The position numbers and the translations under genes are program-made. The notes beneath the pieces are model-generated. The model made no database searches. It worked only from the letters and a program-made list of their open reading frames with translations, and was not told where the DNA came from. Of a stretch of DNA of 64,000 nucleotides, positions 9,079 to 18,929 are shown in pieces. Numbering within the stretch: position 1 is the first letter of the stretch; every line of letters starts with the position of its first letter. Location: the NCBI GenBank assembly GCA_963771275.1, contig CAVYSW010000003.1:1760001-1824000 (forward strand), read 5' to 3'. The DNA comes from an uncultured Gemmatimonadales bacterium (lineage in GTDB: Bacteria > Gemmatimonadota > Gemmatimonadetes > Gemmatimonadales > GWC2-71-9).

Positions 9079-11217
9079 ATGAACCCCATCGCGCTCGTCG
9101 TGCTGGTGCTGGCGCCCGCCGGCGGGCCTGCCACCGCGCCCTGCATGGAAGCCGCGTTACCCGAGATCCGGCGTGCCGCCACCCGGGCCGATTCCATCGC
9201 GCTCGCCGAACGCTACCTGCGGGAGCCGCCCGGCGGTGACCAGGCCTGCGGCCAGGTACTGGCCGGCTTTCTCCTGGGGATGACCTCGACGCCGGCGGAG
9301 GACGACTGGCAGCATCGCCAGCGGGCGGGTGACATGATTACCGCCGCGTTGCGCAGCGCGCCGAACGAAGGGCGGCTCTACCTGGCGCTCGGCGTGACGC
9401 TGTACGCGCGCCAGAGCCGGGTGGATGCGACGCGCGCGCTCGACCGTGCGCTGCAGCGGCAGGAGAGCGGGGTTCCGCTCACGCCGCGCGAGGTCGCCCT
9501 CGTCCACTACCTGCGGGGCCTGATCGCGCAGGACCAGTGGCGCGATTGGCGGAGCTACGGCGAGCTCAAGACCACCGGGGAGGGACAGTGGCGCTGCTCG
9601 TCCGACGAGGCCGGCGGGCAGGAGAACTTCACCAGCTCGGCGACCGACCTCACCTGGCTCATTCCGGTCAACCAGATGTGTCCCGAGCGCTTCGCCGAGA
9701 ACATGGCGGTCTACTTCGGCGATCGGTCCGCCATGAAGCGCGACGAGCTGCGCGATCTGGAGACCGAGTTCACGGCGGCGATGACCACCGACTCGACCTA
9801 CGTCGAGCCGGTCGAGGCCCTGCTGGGCGAGTGGGTCTACCTGCGCGACTGGGATCGCGCGCGCCCGGTCGCCGAGCAGCTGGTGCGTCGACTGCCGGAG
9901 GACTACCGGTCCCATCTCTACCTCGGACTCGTCTACCACGAGACGGGCCGCGACTCCGCGGCTGCGATGGAGTTCGGGCGGGCTTCGCGCTTCATGCCCG
10001 ACAGCGTGGCCGCGGTGATCAACGACGTGGTCGGGCTGCTGCGCCCCGAGCAGGTCACGGCGCTCAACGCACTCGACAGCGCAGGCCAGGCGATGGCGGT
10101 GGCCGCGCTGTGGAGCTCGCTCGACCCGCTGTTCCTCACGACCACCAACGAGCGGCGGGTCGAGCACTACGCGCGCATCGCGGCCGCGAACCTGATGTTC
10201 GGATCGACGGCGGAACGCGAGCCGGGCTGGCACACCTTTGCCGGACGCATCTGGGTACGGTACGGGCGGCCCAAGCACATCTGGGAGCTGTCGGCGCCGG
10301 CGGGCCGCGTCGTGTTCTGGGACTACGGGCGCGGGCCCGACGTGAGCTTCACGCGGGGGACGGCGTACCGCGGCTACCGGCCGACCGACGAGGCGGTCCA
10401 GTACGCCAACGCCCTGTCGCGGGTGTCGCCGCAGACGTACGACGCGTCGGGCCTGTTCGACACGACCATGACGCTGCAATCGCAGGTCGCCCGGATGCTC
10501 GGTCCCTCGGGCAAGCCGCAGCTGCTGGCGTACGGGCAGTGGCCCGACAGCCTGGGGGAGGGCGCCGAAGCCGGCCTCATGCTGCTCGACCTCACGTACC
10601 AGCCGGTGGCCCAGTGGCGGGGCCGGACCGCGGACCGCCCCGGGCTGAGCGCCGAGCTGAACGGCATGGCGGCGGGGAGCTACTCCCTGACGCTCGAGGT
10701 CTGGGACCACGTGCGCGCGCGGCTGTACCGGCTGCGGGACACCGTCAGCACGCTGCCGATCGAGGACTCGACGTTCGTGGTGTCGGACCTGCTGCTGGTC
10801 GGGGACGTCACGTCGCAGCGGGGCGACGATGTGACGAGCCGGCGCGACCTCACGTTCACCCCGCTGTACGGGGGCATCGCGCCGCGAGGCGCCCCCGTCG
10901 GCCTCATATGGGAGGTGTACCACCTCACCGGCCCGGCGGAGGGGCGCGTGCGCTATCGGGTGGTGCTGGAGGTGCTCGACGCGGGTCGCCAGCCGGTGTT
11001 CGCCGGGGTGCTGCGCGGGGTCGGGCTCAAGGGGGGGCAGCGGCCGGCGAGCCGCATCGCCTACGAGACGTCACGGCCGATGGTGGATCGGCGGGCGGTC
11101 GAGTGGCTGGAGCTGACCAGCGATCTCAAGCCGGGCGAGTATCGCCTCGTCATGCACCTGATCGATGCGGAGAGCGGGCGGGAGGTCGTCCGCGAGCGGC
11201 GGCTGAAGGTGCGATGA
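9079..11217 (+). CDS. Secreted TPR + GWxTD-like domain protein
   Basis: Strong RBS; signal peptide; LDPLFLTTTNERRVEHYARIAAANLMF...PGWHTFAGRIWVRYGRP is a GWxTD-type motif. Confidence 0.78.
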   Translation: MNPIALVVLVLAPAGGPATAPCMEAALPEIRRAATRADSIALAERYLREPPGGDQACGQVLAGFLLGMTSTPAEDDWQHRQRAGDMITAALRSAPNEGRLYLALGVTLYARQSRVDATRALDRALQRQESGVPLTPREVALVHYLRGLIAQDQWRDWRSYGELKTTGEGQWRCSSDEAGGQENFTSSATDLTWLIPVNQMCPERFAENMAVYFGDRSAMKRDELRDLETEFTAAMTTDSTYVEPVEALLGEWVYLRDWDRARPVAEQLVRRLPEDYRSHLYLGLVYHETGRDSAAAMEFGRASRFMPDSVAAVINDVVGLLRPEQVTALNALDSAGQAMAVAALWSSLDPLFLTTTNERRVEHYARIAAANLMFGSTAEREPGWHTFAGRIWVRYGRPKHIWELSAPAGRVVFWDYGRGPDVSFTRGTAYRGYRPTDEAVQYANALSRVSPQTYDASGLFDTTMTLQSQVARMLGPSGKPQLLAYGQWPDSLGEGAEAGLMLLDLTYQPVAQWRGRTADRPGLSAELNGMAAGSYSLTLEVWDHVRARLYRLRDTVSTLPIEDSTFVVSDLLLVGDVTSQRGDDVTSRRDLTFTPLYGGIAPRGAPVGLIWEVYHLTGPAEGRVRYRVVLEVLDAGRQPVFAGVLRGVGLKGGQRPASRIAYETSRPMVDRRAVEWLELTSDLKPGEYRLVMHLIDAESGREVVRERRLKVR

Positions 11218-11218
11218 A

Positions 11219-11311
11219 AGGCTCAATGCTCAATGTTCAGTGTTCAATGTTCAATGTCCAGGTAGTTGAGCATTGAGCATTAAGCATTGAACATTGAGCC
11301 TTGAACATTGC
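11219..11311. repeat. Inverted arrays of heptamer repeats (GYTCAAT / ATTGARC) between convergent genes; probable long hairpin or bidirectional terminator
   Basis: About 6 GCTCAAT/GTTCAAT units followed by about 6 reverse-complement TGAGCAT/TGAACAT units; AT-rich island. Confidence 0.8.
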
Positions 11312-12328
<1,017 letters not shown>

Positions 12329-12493
12329 GAACCCTCCTGGGTGAGCCCGCTGCGCCCCCCGTGGTACGCTCACGGAGCTGGGAAGTTGCGGGGGCCATGG
12401 GATCCTGCTCGAGCGGCGCCGGGCCGCCGCGGTCGCGCGGTTGGGCGCCGAATCCTAACCTCAGGCGGCGGGATGGGGCCACCGCGCGGTTGC

Positions 12494-12521
12494 TTGCGAA
12501 ACTTTTCACAAGAGGTACATT
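12494..12521 (+). promoter_or_regulatory. atp operon promoter with an overlapping Rex-like operator
   Basis: TTGCGAA-ACTT-TTCACAA (12494-12511) versus the Rex consensus TTGTGAA-N4-TTCACAA; -35 TTGCGA, 16 nt spacer, -10 TACATT. Confidence 0.65.
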
Positions 12522-12531
12522 TCGGCGGCCT

Positions 12532-12783
12532 ATGGACCCCACAAAAGGGCCGGGCCGCGAGCTGAGTGAGGCCCACGGACTGGCCACGCTTGGATATACG
12601 TTTGGGGCTGCCGTTGTCGTCTTCACGGGGATCGGCTGGCTGCTCGACCGGTGGCTGGGCACGATTCCGGTCTTCACGGTCGTCACCGCGCTCGTCGGCG
12701 CCGTTTTGGGGTTCCTGAGCGCCTATTTCCGCATCCGCCAGGCCACGGAGGCCGAGCAAAAGCGGAAGCGACAGGGCCGATGA
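12532..12783 (+). CDS. AtpZ/AtpI-family (ATPase gene 1) small membrane protein
   Basis: IGWLLDRWLGTIP motif, two TM helices, first gene of the atp operon. Confidence 0.8.
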   Translation: MDPTKGPGRELSEAHGLATLGYTFGAAVVVFTGIGWLLDRWLGTIPVFTVVTALVGAVLGFLSAYFRIRQATEAEQKRKRQGR

Positions 12784-13124
12784 TCGTCGCGGGCCTGGGT
12801 GGTATCGGACTGACCGCGTTGGTGACGGCGATCCTCGTCCTGGCCTGGGGACGTGAAGCGCTTCTCCCGGGCGTGGCGTTCGGGCTGCTGGCGACGGTGA
12901 TCCAGGTGGTCTCCGCCGCGCTGGTGGGACCCGCGGCCAAGGGGGAGTTCAAGCGCTTGATCCGGCGCTGGGCGATGGGGATGGGGCTGCGGGTCGCAGG
13001 GATCGCCGTCTTTGGGGTGGCGGTCTGGGTCCGGCGGGACCTGTTCCCGCCGCTTCCCTCGGCCTTCGGATACCTGGGGGTGGTCGTCCCCCTGCTGTTC
13101 ATGGAGACGCGATTTCTCAAATGA
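12780..13124 (+). CDS. ATP synthase I-like membrane protein
   Basis: About four hydrophobic helices; translationally coupled between gene 1 and atpB. Confidence 0.65.
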   Translation: MIVAGLGGIGLTALVTAILVLAWGREALLPGVAFGLLATVIQVVSAALVGPAAKGEFKRLIRRWAMGMGLRVAGIAVFGVAVWVRRDLFPPLPSAFGYLGVVVPLLFMETRFLK

Positions 13125-13975
13125 TGCAGGAACCGAACATCGGTGAGATGGTCATGCATCATACGGCCGATGCCTACGCGATCGGCATCGAGCCGTTCTT
13201 CTCGTTCCACTGGAGTCGCTGGCCGGATCTCCACCTCGGGCCGCTGACGGTCAACCTCACGCCGACGAAGCACGCGGTGTTTCTCGTGGTCGCCGCCGTG
13301 CTCGTCTTCCTGACGATGCGCCTCGCGGGCAAGAGCCTCGAGCGCCAGCGCGCGCACGAGAACGCGCCCAAGGGGTTTGCCAACGCGATCGAGGCGATGG
13401 TGCTGTTCGTGCGCAACGACATGGCCATCGCGAACATCGGCCCGGACGGGGCGAAGTACGCGCCGTACATCATGGCGCTGTTCTTCTTCATCCTGTACGG
13501 CAACGTGATGGGGCTGATCCCCCACGCGGCGACCCCGACCGGGAACCTGGCCGTCACCAGCGCCCTTGCCCTGCTCACCCTCGGCGTCGTGGAGATCGGC
13601 GGGCTCGTGAAGCTCGGCCCGAGAGGGTACCTGCATACGATCTTCCCGCAGGTCTCCGGGCTGTCCGGGCCGTGGGCCGTGGCCCTGCCGATCATCATGG
13701 CGCCGATCGAGGTGATCGGCAAACTGGTGAAGCCGTTCGCGCTGGCCGTCCGTCTGTTCGGCAACATGACGGCCGGGCACTTCGTGATCCTGTCGCTGTT
13801 CGGGGTGATCTTCATTTTCGGCCGGGCGCACGGCTGGAACTGGGGCATCGGTGGGCTCACCGCGTTGCTCGTCGTCGGCGTGATGTGCCTGGAGCTGTTC
13901 GTGGCGCTGCTGCAGGCGTACGTGTTCGCCCTGCTGTCGGCCGTGTTCATCGGGCTGATGCAGCACGAGCATTGA
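13121..13975 (+). CDS. atpB: F0F1 ATP synthase subunit a
   Basis: KPFALAVRLFGNMTAGH and ELFVALLQAYVFALLS motifs. Confidence 0.96.
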   Translation: MMQEPNIGEMVMHHTADAYAIGIEPFFSFHWSRWPDLHLGPLTVNLTPTKHAVFLVVAAVLVFLTMRLAGKSLERQRAHENAPKGFANAIEAMVLFVRNDMAIANIGPDGAKYAPYIMALFFFILYGNVMGLIPHAATPTGNLAVTSALALLTLGVVEIGGLVKLGPRGYLHTIFPQVSGLSGPWAVALPIIMAPIEVIGKLVKPFALAVRLFGNMTAGHFVILSLFGVIFIFGRAHGWNWGIGGLTALLVVGVMCLELFVALLQAYVFALLSAVFIGLMQHEH

Positions 13976-14243
13976 GAAGGCAGAATGCTCAATGGTCAAG
14001 GCTCAAGGGTGCGGAAGGGCGGAGAGGCAGAGGAGAGGGGCAGAGGGGTAGGGAGAAGGACATAAGGGGCGGCCCGGGCGCTTCGCGCCGCTCCGTACGT
14101 ACCCGGTCGAATGACCGGAGAAGCCCGCCGGCCCGAGGCCGAGGGCGGGTCACCCATCGCACGGGATCGCCGGGAGACGGTTCCGGGCGCGGGAAGCGCG
14201 ACACGAGCACGTCATCTCCCGCCGGAACGAGGGAGCTTCGAGT

Positions 14244-14564
14244 ATGCTGAGCGTCTTGCAGGCGGTGCAGGATACGGTCGCGCACATGGGCGCGGCTGCG
14301 GACTCGGTGACGCAGGCGGCGACTGCCGCCGGGATGAGCATCGGCGACGGGCTGGCGCTCCTGGGAGCGGGGCTGGGGTTGGGGTTGATCCTGATCGGCG
14401 CGGGCATCGGCCTGGGCCGGATCGGCGGTCAGACGGCCGAGGCGATGGCGCGGCAGCCGGAAGCGGGTACGGAGATCCGCGGCGCCACGCTGGTGATCGC
14501 GGTGCTGCTCGAGGGGGTCACGATCATCTCGCTCGTGTTCGCGCTGCTCTTCAAGCTGGCGTAG
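14244..14564 (+). CDS. atpE: F0F1 ATP synthase subunit c
   Basis: GAGIGLGRIG, ARQPEA and the conserved Glu in VLLEGVT. Confidence 0.94.
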   Translation: MLSVLQAVQDTVAHMGAAADSVTQAATAAGMSIGDGLALLGAGLGLGLILIGAGIGLGRIGGQTAEAMARQPEAGTEIRGATLVIAVLLEGVTIISLVFALLFKLA

Positions 14565-14571
14565 CGCGGTC

Positions 14572-15123
14572 ATGGTGATGCCCATGTGGCTGGTGCTCGC
14601 CGCGACCCAGGAGGGCGACTCGGGCTTCTCCTCGCCGTTCGAGGTGAACTTCGGCCTGTTCTTCTGGACCTGGATCGTCTTCATCCTGCTGTTCTTCGTG
14701 CTCAAGCGCTTCGCGTGGCCGGCGATCCTCAAGGCCACCGAGGAGCGCGAGCGCAAGATCGCGCGCCAGTTGAGTGACGCCGAGCGGCTGAACGCGGAAG
14801 CACAGGCGCTGCTGGAGGAGCAACGGAAGCTGCTGGCCGGTGCCCGCCACGACGCGCATCAGCTGTTGCAGGACGCCAAGGTCGCGGCCGAGAAGGAGCG
14901 GGAGCAGATCCTGACGCGCACGCGGCAGGAGCAGGAGCAGGTGCTCGAGCGCGCCCGGAAAGAGCTGCAGGCGGAGCGCGATCGTGCGATCGCGGCGTTG
15001 CGGCGCGAAGCGGTGGACCTGTCGCTCGCGGCGGCGTCGCGGTTGATCGGCGAACGGCTGTCGGCGTCGGCCGACCGTAAGCTGGTGGAGTCGTATCTCC
15101 AGTCGATCGAGGAGCAGCGTTGA
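14572..15123 (+). CDS. atpF: F0F1 ATP synthase subunit b
   Basis: GLFFWTWIVFILLFFVLKRFAWPAILKATEERE followed by a long coiled coil. Confidence 0.94.
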   Translation: MVMPMWLVLAATQEGDSGFSSPFEVNFGLFFWTWIVFILLFFVLKRFAWPAILKATEERERKIARQLSDAERLNAEAQALLEEQRKLLAGARHDAHQLLQDAKVAAEKEREQILTRTRQEQEQVLERARKELQAERDRAIAALRREAVDLSLAAASRLIGERLSASADRKLVESYLQSIEEQR

Positions 15124-15659
15124 GGGAGCCGACGATCGCCCGGAACTACGCCCAGGCGCTGTTCGCGGCCGCTGAGCCGGGTGATCAGACGGAGCGGTTC
15201 GCCGCGGCGCTCGAAGCGCTCGTGGGAGCCGTCGAGGCGGACGAGCGCGTGCGGCAGGCGCTCGACTCGCCGCGGGTGCCGAAGGCGACCAAGATGGCCA
15301 TCGTCGAGCGGGCCCTGGCCGGCTGGGCGCCGAGCCGGTTCGTCCGGTTCGTGGTCGCCGTCGTGCGGCGCGGGCGGCAGGGACTGCTCGGCGCCATCAG
15401 CCGTGAGTACCAGCTGCTGACGGACGTCAAGTTCAATCGCGTCCACGCCGGTGTCACCCTCGCGCGGCCGGCAGACGCCGAGTTCAGGGAAGCGATCCGG
15501 CGCCGTCTGGCCGCCGCCCTCGGCAAGGACGTGGTGCCTCACTTCCATGAGAATCCCGCGCTCCTGGGTGGCGTGCTGCTGCGGGTCGGCGACCGCGTGA
15601 TGGACGGGTCGCTGCGGCGCAAGCTGAAACAGCTGCGGCGACAGATGTTGGGGGGGTGA
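15120..15659 (+). CDS. atpH: F0F1 ATP synthase subunit delta
   Basis: IARNYAQALF and NPALLGGVLLRVGDRVMDGSLRRKL motifs. Confidence 0.94.
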   Translation: MREPTIARNYAQALFAAAEPGDQTERFAAALEALVGAVEADERVRQALDSPRVPKATKMAIVERALAGWAPSRFVRFVVAVVRRGRQGLLGAISREYQLLTDVKFNRVHAGVTLARPADAEFREAIRRRLAAALGKDVVPHFHENPALLGGVLLRVGDRVMDGSLRRKLKQLRRQMLGG

Positions 15660-15773
15660 GCCGGAGCGGCAGAGGCGGCAGAAGCGGCAGCAGGGGCAGA
15701 GGGGGAGCGATGAGCCCCGGGGATTGCTTCCCGGGGCTCGTCGTTGATGCGCTGTTCACTCACGGGGGGACGC

Positions 15774-16655
15774 ATGGCGGAGACGGTGGGGTTCATCGGG
15801 CTTGGAGCGATCGGGACGCCGATGGCGCGGCACGTTGCACAGCGGTTCCCGGCGGTGGTGTGGAACCGGACGGCGAGCAAGGCGACGGCGTTCGCGGCGG
15901 CGCATGGGGCGACGGCGGCGCCGAGCCCTGCCGCGTTGGTGCGCGCGTGCGGAGTCGTGATCACGTGCCTTCCGACCACCCGCGAGGTGCGGGAGGTGAT
16001 CGAGGCTGCGGGCGGGGCCTGGCGAACGGGACAGCTGCTGATCGACGCGACGTCCGGCGACCCCGCCGGGTCACGAGCCAACGCGGCGTGGCTGGCGGAG
16101 CGGGGTGTGGGATTCGTCGATGCCCCGGTGAGCGGCGGCACGTCGGGGGCGGAGCAGGGCACGCTCACGGTGATGCTGGGCGGTGACGCGGCCTGGGTGG
16201 AACGGGCGCGCCCGTTCGTCCAGGCCTACGCCCGGAAGGTCGAGCACGTCGGCCCGGTGGGCGCCGGGCACGCGCTCAAGGCGGTGAACAACGCCCTGCT
16301 CGCGCTCAACATCGTGGCCGCCGGGGAGGGGCTGGCGGCGCTGGTCAAGCTCGGAGTCTCCGGACGCCGCGCCGTGGAGGTGCTGAACGCGTCGAGCGGC
16401 CGTTCCAACGTGACGGAGAATCTCATCCCGGAGCGGGTGTTGTCGGGCGCGTGGCCCCGCACGTTTTCCCTGGCGCTGCTCGACAAGGACGTGGGGGTGG
16501 CGCTCGCCGTGCTGCAGGACGCCGGCGTGGCGTCGGACACCTATCCCGCGGTGAAGCGCGCACTCGAGGAGGCACGCGCGATCCTCGACCCCGCCGCCGA
16601 CCACGTGGAGGTCATCCGGCGGATCGAGGACCGCGAGGGCGTCACGATCCGGTAG
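15774..16655 (+). CDS. NAD(P)-dependent beta-hydroxyacid dehydrogenase (3-hydroxyisobutyrate dehydrogenase family)
   Basis: GFIGLGAIG, FVDAPVSGG and GAGHALKAVNN motifs. Confidence 0.9.
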   Translation: MAETVGFIGLGAIGTPMARHVAQRFPAVVWNRTASKATAFAAAHGATAAPSPAALVRACGVVITCLPTTREVREVIEAAGGAWRTGQLLIDATSGDPAGSRANAAWLAERGVGFVDAPVSGGTSGAEQGTLTVMLGGDAAWVERARPFVQAYARKVEHVGPVGAGHALKAVNNALLALNIVAAGEGLAALVKLGVSGRRAVEVLNASSGRSNVTENLIPERVLSGAWPRTFSLALLDKDVGVALAVLQDAGVASDTYPAVKRALEEARAILDPAADHVEVIRRIEDREGVTIR

Positions 16656-16658
16656 CCG

Positions 16659-17207
16659 CTAGAACGTGACCTTGGGCGCCTCGGCGGCGCCGGCTTCCGC
16701 CTCGAAGTACTCGCGCGATCCGGCGCCGATCGCCTTGGCGGTGAGCACCTGCGGAAACGCGCGAATGTAGGCGTTGTACTGCCGGACGGCGTCGTTGTAG
16801 TCCTGGCGCGCCACGGCAATGCGGTTTTCGGTCCCTTCGAGCTGGTCCTGCAGCATCCGGAAGTTCTCGTTCGACTTGATGTCCGGGTTGTCTTCCGCGA
16901 TCGCGATCAGCCGTCCGAGCGACGCGCCGAGCGAGGCATTGGACTGCGCCATGGCCTTGAGGTCGCCGCTTTCGACGGCGCTGTGCACCGCCGCGCGGGC
17001 GTTGGCGAGCTCGGTGAACACCGCGAGCTCCTGCTTGGCGAAGCCTTTGACGACTTCCACCAGGTTGGGCACGAGGTCGGCGCGCCGCTGCAGCTGGACC
17101 TCGATCTGGCTGCGGTAGCCGTTCACCTGCTCGTCCAGCGTCTGGATGCGGTTGTAGCCGCAGCCCGTCAGGGCGACGGCGACGCACAGCAGCACGACTC
17201 GTCTCAT
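16659..17207 (-). CDS. lemA: LemA family lipoprotein
   Basis: LTGCGYNRIQ, QLQRRADLVPNLV and QLEGTENRIAVARQDYN motifs. Confidence 0.93.
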   Translation of the reverse strand: MRRVVLLCVAVALTGCGYNRIQTLDEQVNGYRSQIEVQLQRRADLVPNLVEVVKGFAKQELAVFTELANARAAVHSAVESGDLKAMAQSNASLGASLGRLIAIAEDNPDIKSNENFRMLQDQLEGTENRIAVARQDYNDAVRQYNAYIRAFPQVLTAKAIGAGSREYFEAEAGAAEAPKVTF

Positions 17208-17226
17208 CGGTGCACTCCTTCGAGAG

Positions 17227-17952
17227 CTAGGCTCGGTCGACAAAGTTCACGAACGCGGTCACCGCGTCGAGGAAATGCGCCGCAAGCGGATCGTACGGCG
17301 CGAGCTCCGGCGTCCTGGTGCCGGCGAGGCGCGCGAGGGGCCAGGCCAGCGCGTCCTCCCCGAACCCGCACAGCGCGGCGATCTGCCGCGCCACCTGCGC
17401 GTTCGGCGCCGGGGCGTCGCGGCCCGCGAGCCTGAGCCCGGTGCGGAACAACACCAGGAACGCCTTGCAGGATGCCGTGATCAGGTTCCCCAGAGCCTTG
17501 CCGTCGGGTGCCGCCGCCGCGTAGTGCGCGGAGAGCTGGATCTGCTTGCCGCGCGCCTCGCGCTCCAGCTCGCGGCGCAGATCGGCGCGCGAGGTCGGGA
17601 GGTCCTGCACCGGGTCGGCGCCGCGCAGGATCCGGTGGTGCTGCCGCACGTCTTCGATCTCGATGGGAAAGACGTCCGCCGAGGCGCGCCAGCTCGCCTC
17701 GGAGAAGATCAGCGGCGGCGGCTCGCCCGACTTGACCCACTGGCGCACCGCCGGGCCCAGCAGGCGCAGCGCGGCGGCGGAGGCGTCTCCGAGAAGCAGC
17801 AACAGGTTCACGTCGGAGCCGGGCCCGACGTTGCCCCGAACGGCGGAGCCGTAGAGCACGAGCGAGCGCAGGTTGTCACCGGCCGCGCGCTCCAGGTCGG
17901 TCGCGAACGCATCGAGCCGCTTGTCGAGGTCCCGCAGACGGTCTTGCGCCAT
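17227..17952 (-). CDS. Nucleotidyltransferase-fold protein
   Basis: LVLYGSAVRG...SDVNLLL and ADVFPIEIEDVR; lies between the TPM and LemA genes. Confidence 0.75.
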   Translation of the reverse strand: MAQDRLRDLDKRLDAFATDLERAAGDNLRSLVLYGSAVRGNVGPGSDVNLLLLLGDASAAALRLLGPAVRQWVKSGEPPPLIFSEASWRASADVFPIEIEDVRQHHRILRGADPVQDLPTSRADLRRELEREARGKQIQLSAHYAAAAPDGKALGNLITASCKAFLVLFRTGLRLAGRDAPAPNAQVARQIAALCGFGEDALAWPLARLAGTRTPELAPYDPLAAHFLDAVTAFVNFVDRA

Positions 17953-17953
17953 G

Positions 17954-18766
17954 TCAGAATCTCCCGCTTGCGCCGCCACCACCGAACCCACCCCCGCCCC
18001 CGAAGCCACCGAATCCGCCGCCTCCCCCGCCTCCCCCGAAGCCGCCCCCGCCGAACCCACCCCAGCCGCCGCCCCGGCCCCGGCCGCTGCTCGCGATCAG
18101 CGCCCACAGCAGCCAGCTGAGTCCACTGCCGCGCCGGCGGTACCGCCCTCCCGCCGCCGACGCGGCGAGCGCCCGCAGGAACATGAACGCGATGAAGAGG
18201 GCGAGCATGACGCCCGGCCCGATGGGGGCGCTGGGAGGGCGGGGCGCCGGCGGCGGCGTTGCCGCGCCGGTGAGGGCGAACCCGAACTCCCGCGCGTAGG
18301 ATTCGGCGAGCAGCTGGACGCCGACCAGCAGCCCCGCGTCGTACGCGCCGGCCCGCACCGCCGCCTGGCCGATCGCGTCGCGGATCTGGCCCGCCCGCGC
18401 GTCGGTGATGAAGCCCTCGGTGCCGAGTCCCGTCGCAATCGCGACCTCCGACCGGCCGTCGCCTGGGCGCTCCCCGGGCTTGAACAGCAGGACGACGCCG
18501 GCGTTCCGCGCCCGGTCGCCGGGTCCGCCGCGCGCGCCGACCCGCCACGCCCGGCCGATCTGCATTGCCAGATCGATCGAGGTGCGTCCCTGGAGATCCC
18601 GCACCGTCACGACGACGATCTGGCCCCCGGACTTGGCGCGGACCTCGTCGATCACCGCGGCCATGCGCTGCGCGATCTCCGGCCGGATCAGCCCGGCGAA
18701 GTCGTTGACGTAGCCGACAGGCTGCGGGATCTGCAGCTGCAGCAGCAGCACGAGCGGGAGCAACAT
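17954..18766 (-). CDS. TPM domain (YgcG-like) membrane protein with Gly-rich tail
   Basis: PQPVGYVNDFAG, GLGTEGFITD and a GGFGGGGASGRF tail. Confidence 0.9.
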   Translation of the reverse strand: MLLPLVLLLQLQIPQPVGYVNDFAGLIRPEIAQRMAAVIDEVRAKSGGQIVVVTVRDLQGRTSIDLAMQIGRAWRVGARGGPGDRARNAGVVLLFKPGERPGDGRSEVAIATGLGTEGFITDARAGQIRDAIGQAAVRAGAYDAGLLVGVQLLAESYAREFGFALTGAATPPPAPRPPSAPIGPGVMLALFIAFMFLRALAASAAGGRYRRRGSGLSWLLWALIASSGRGRGGGWGGFGGGGFGGGGGGGGFGGFGGGGGFGGGGASGRF

Positions 18767-18929
18767 GACCCGTAAGGTAGCAGGAGACCGGGGGGAGAGG
18801 GGGCAGAGAAGCAGCGATGGAGGAGTGGCGGGGGCGGCAGGGGCGGTGGCGGCGGCGGGGGGGCAGGGGGGGCGCAAACCCGCTACTTTTCACGCGTTCG
18901 GCCGTTCACCCTATTCGCTCATTCGCCCC

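Noticed and set aside
14068..14243. Known Na+/Li+ or c-di-AMP riboswitch upstream of atpE
   Set aside because: Consensus motifs were not recognised and subunit c lacks the Na+-binding signature; kept only as an unclassified structure.
17960..18090. C-rich low-complexity repeat
   Set aside because: It encodes the ordinary Gly-rich tail of the TPM protein.
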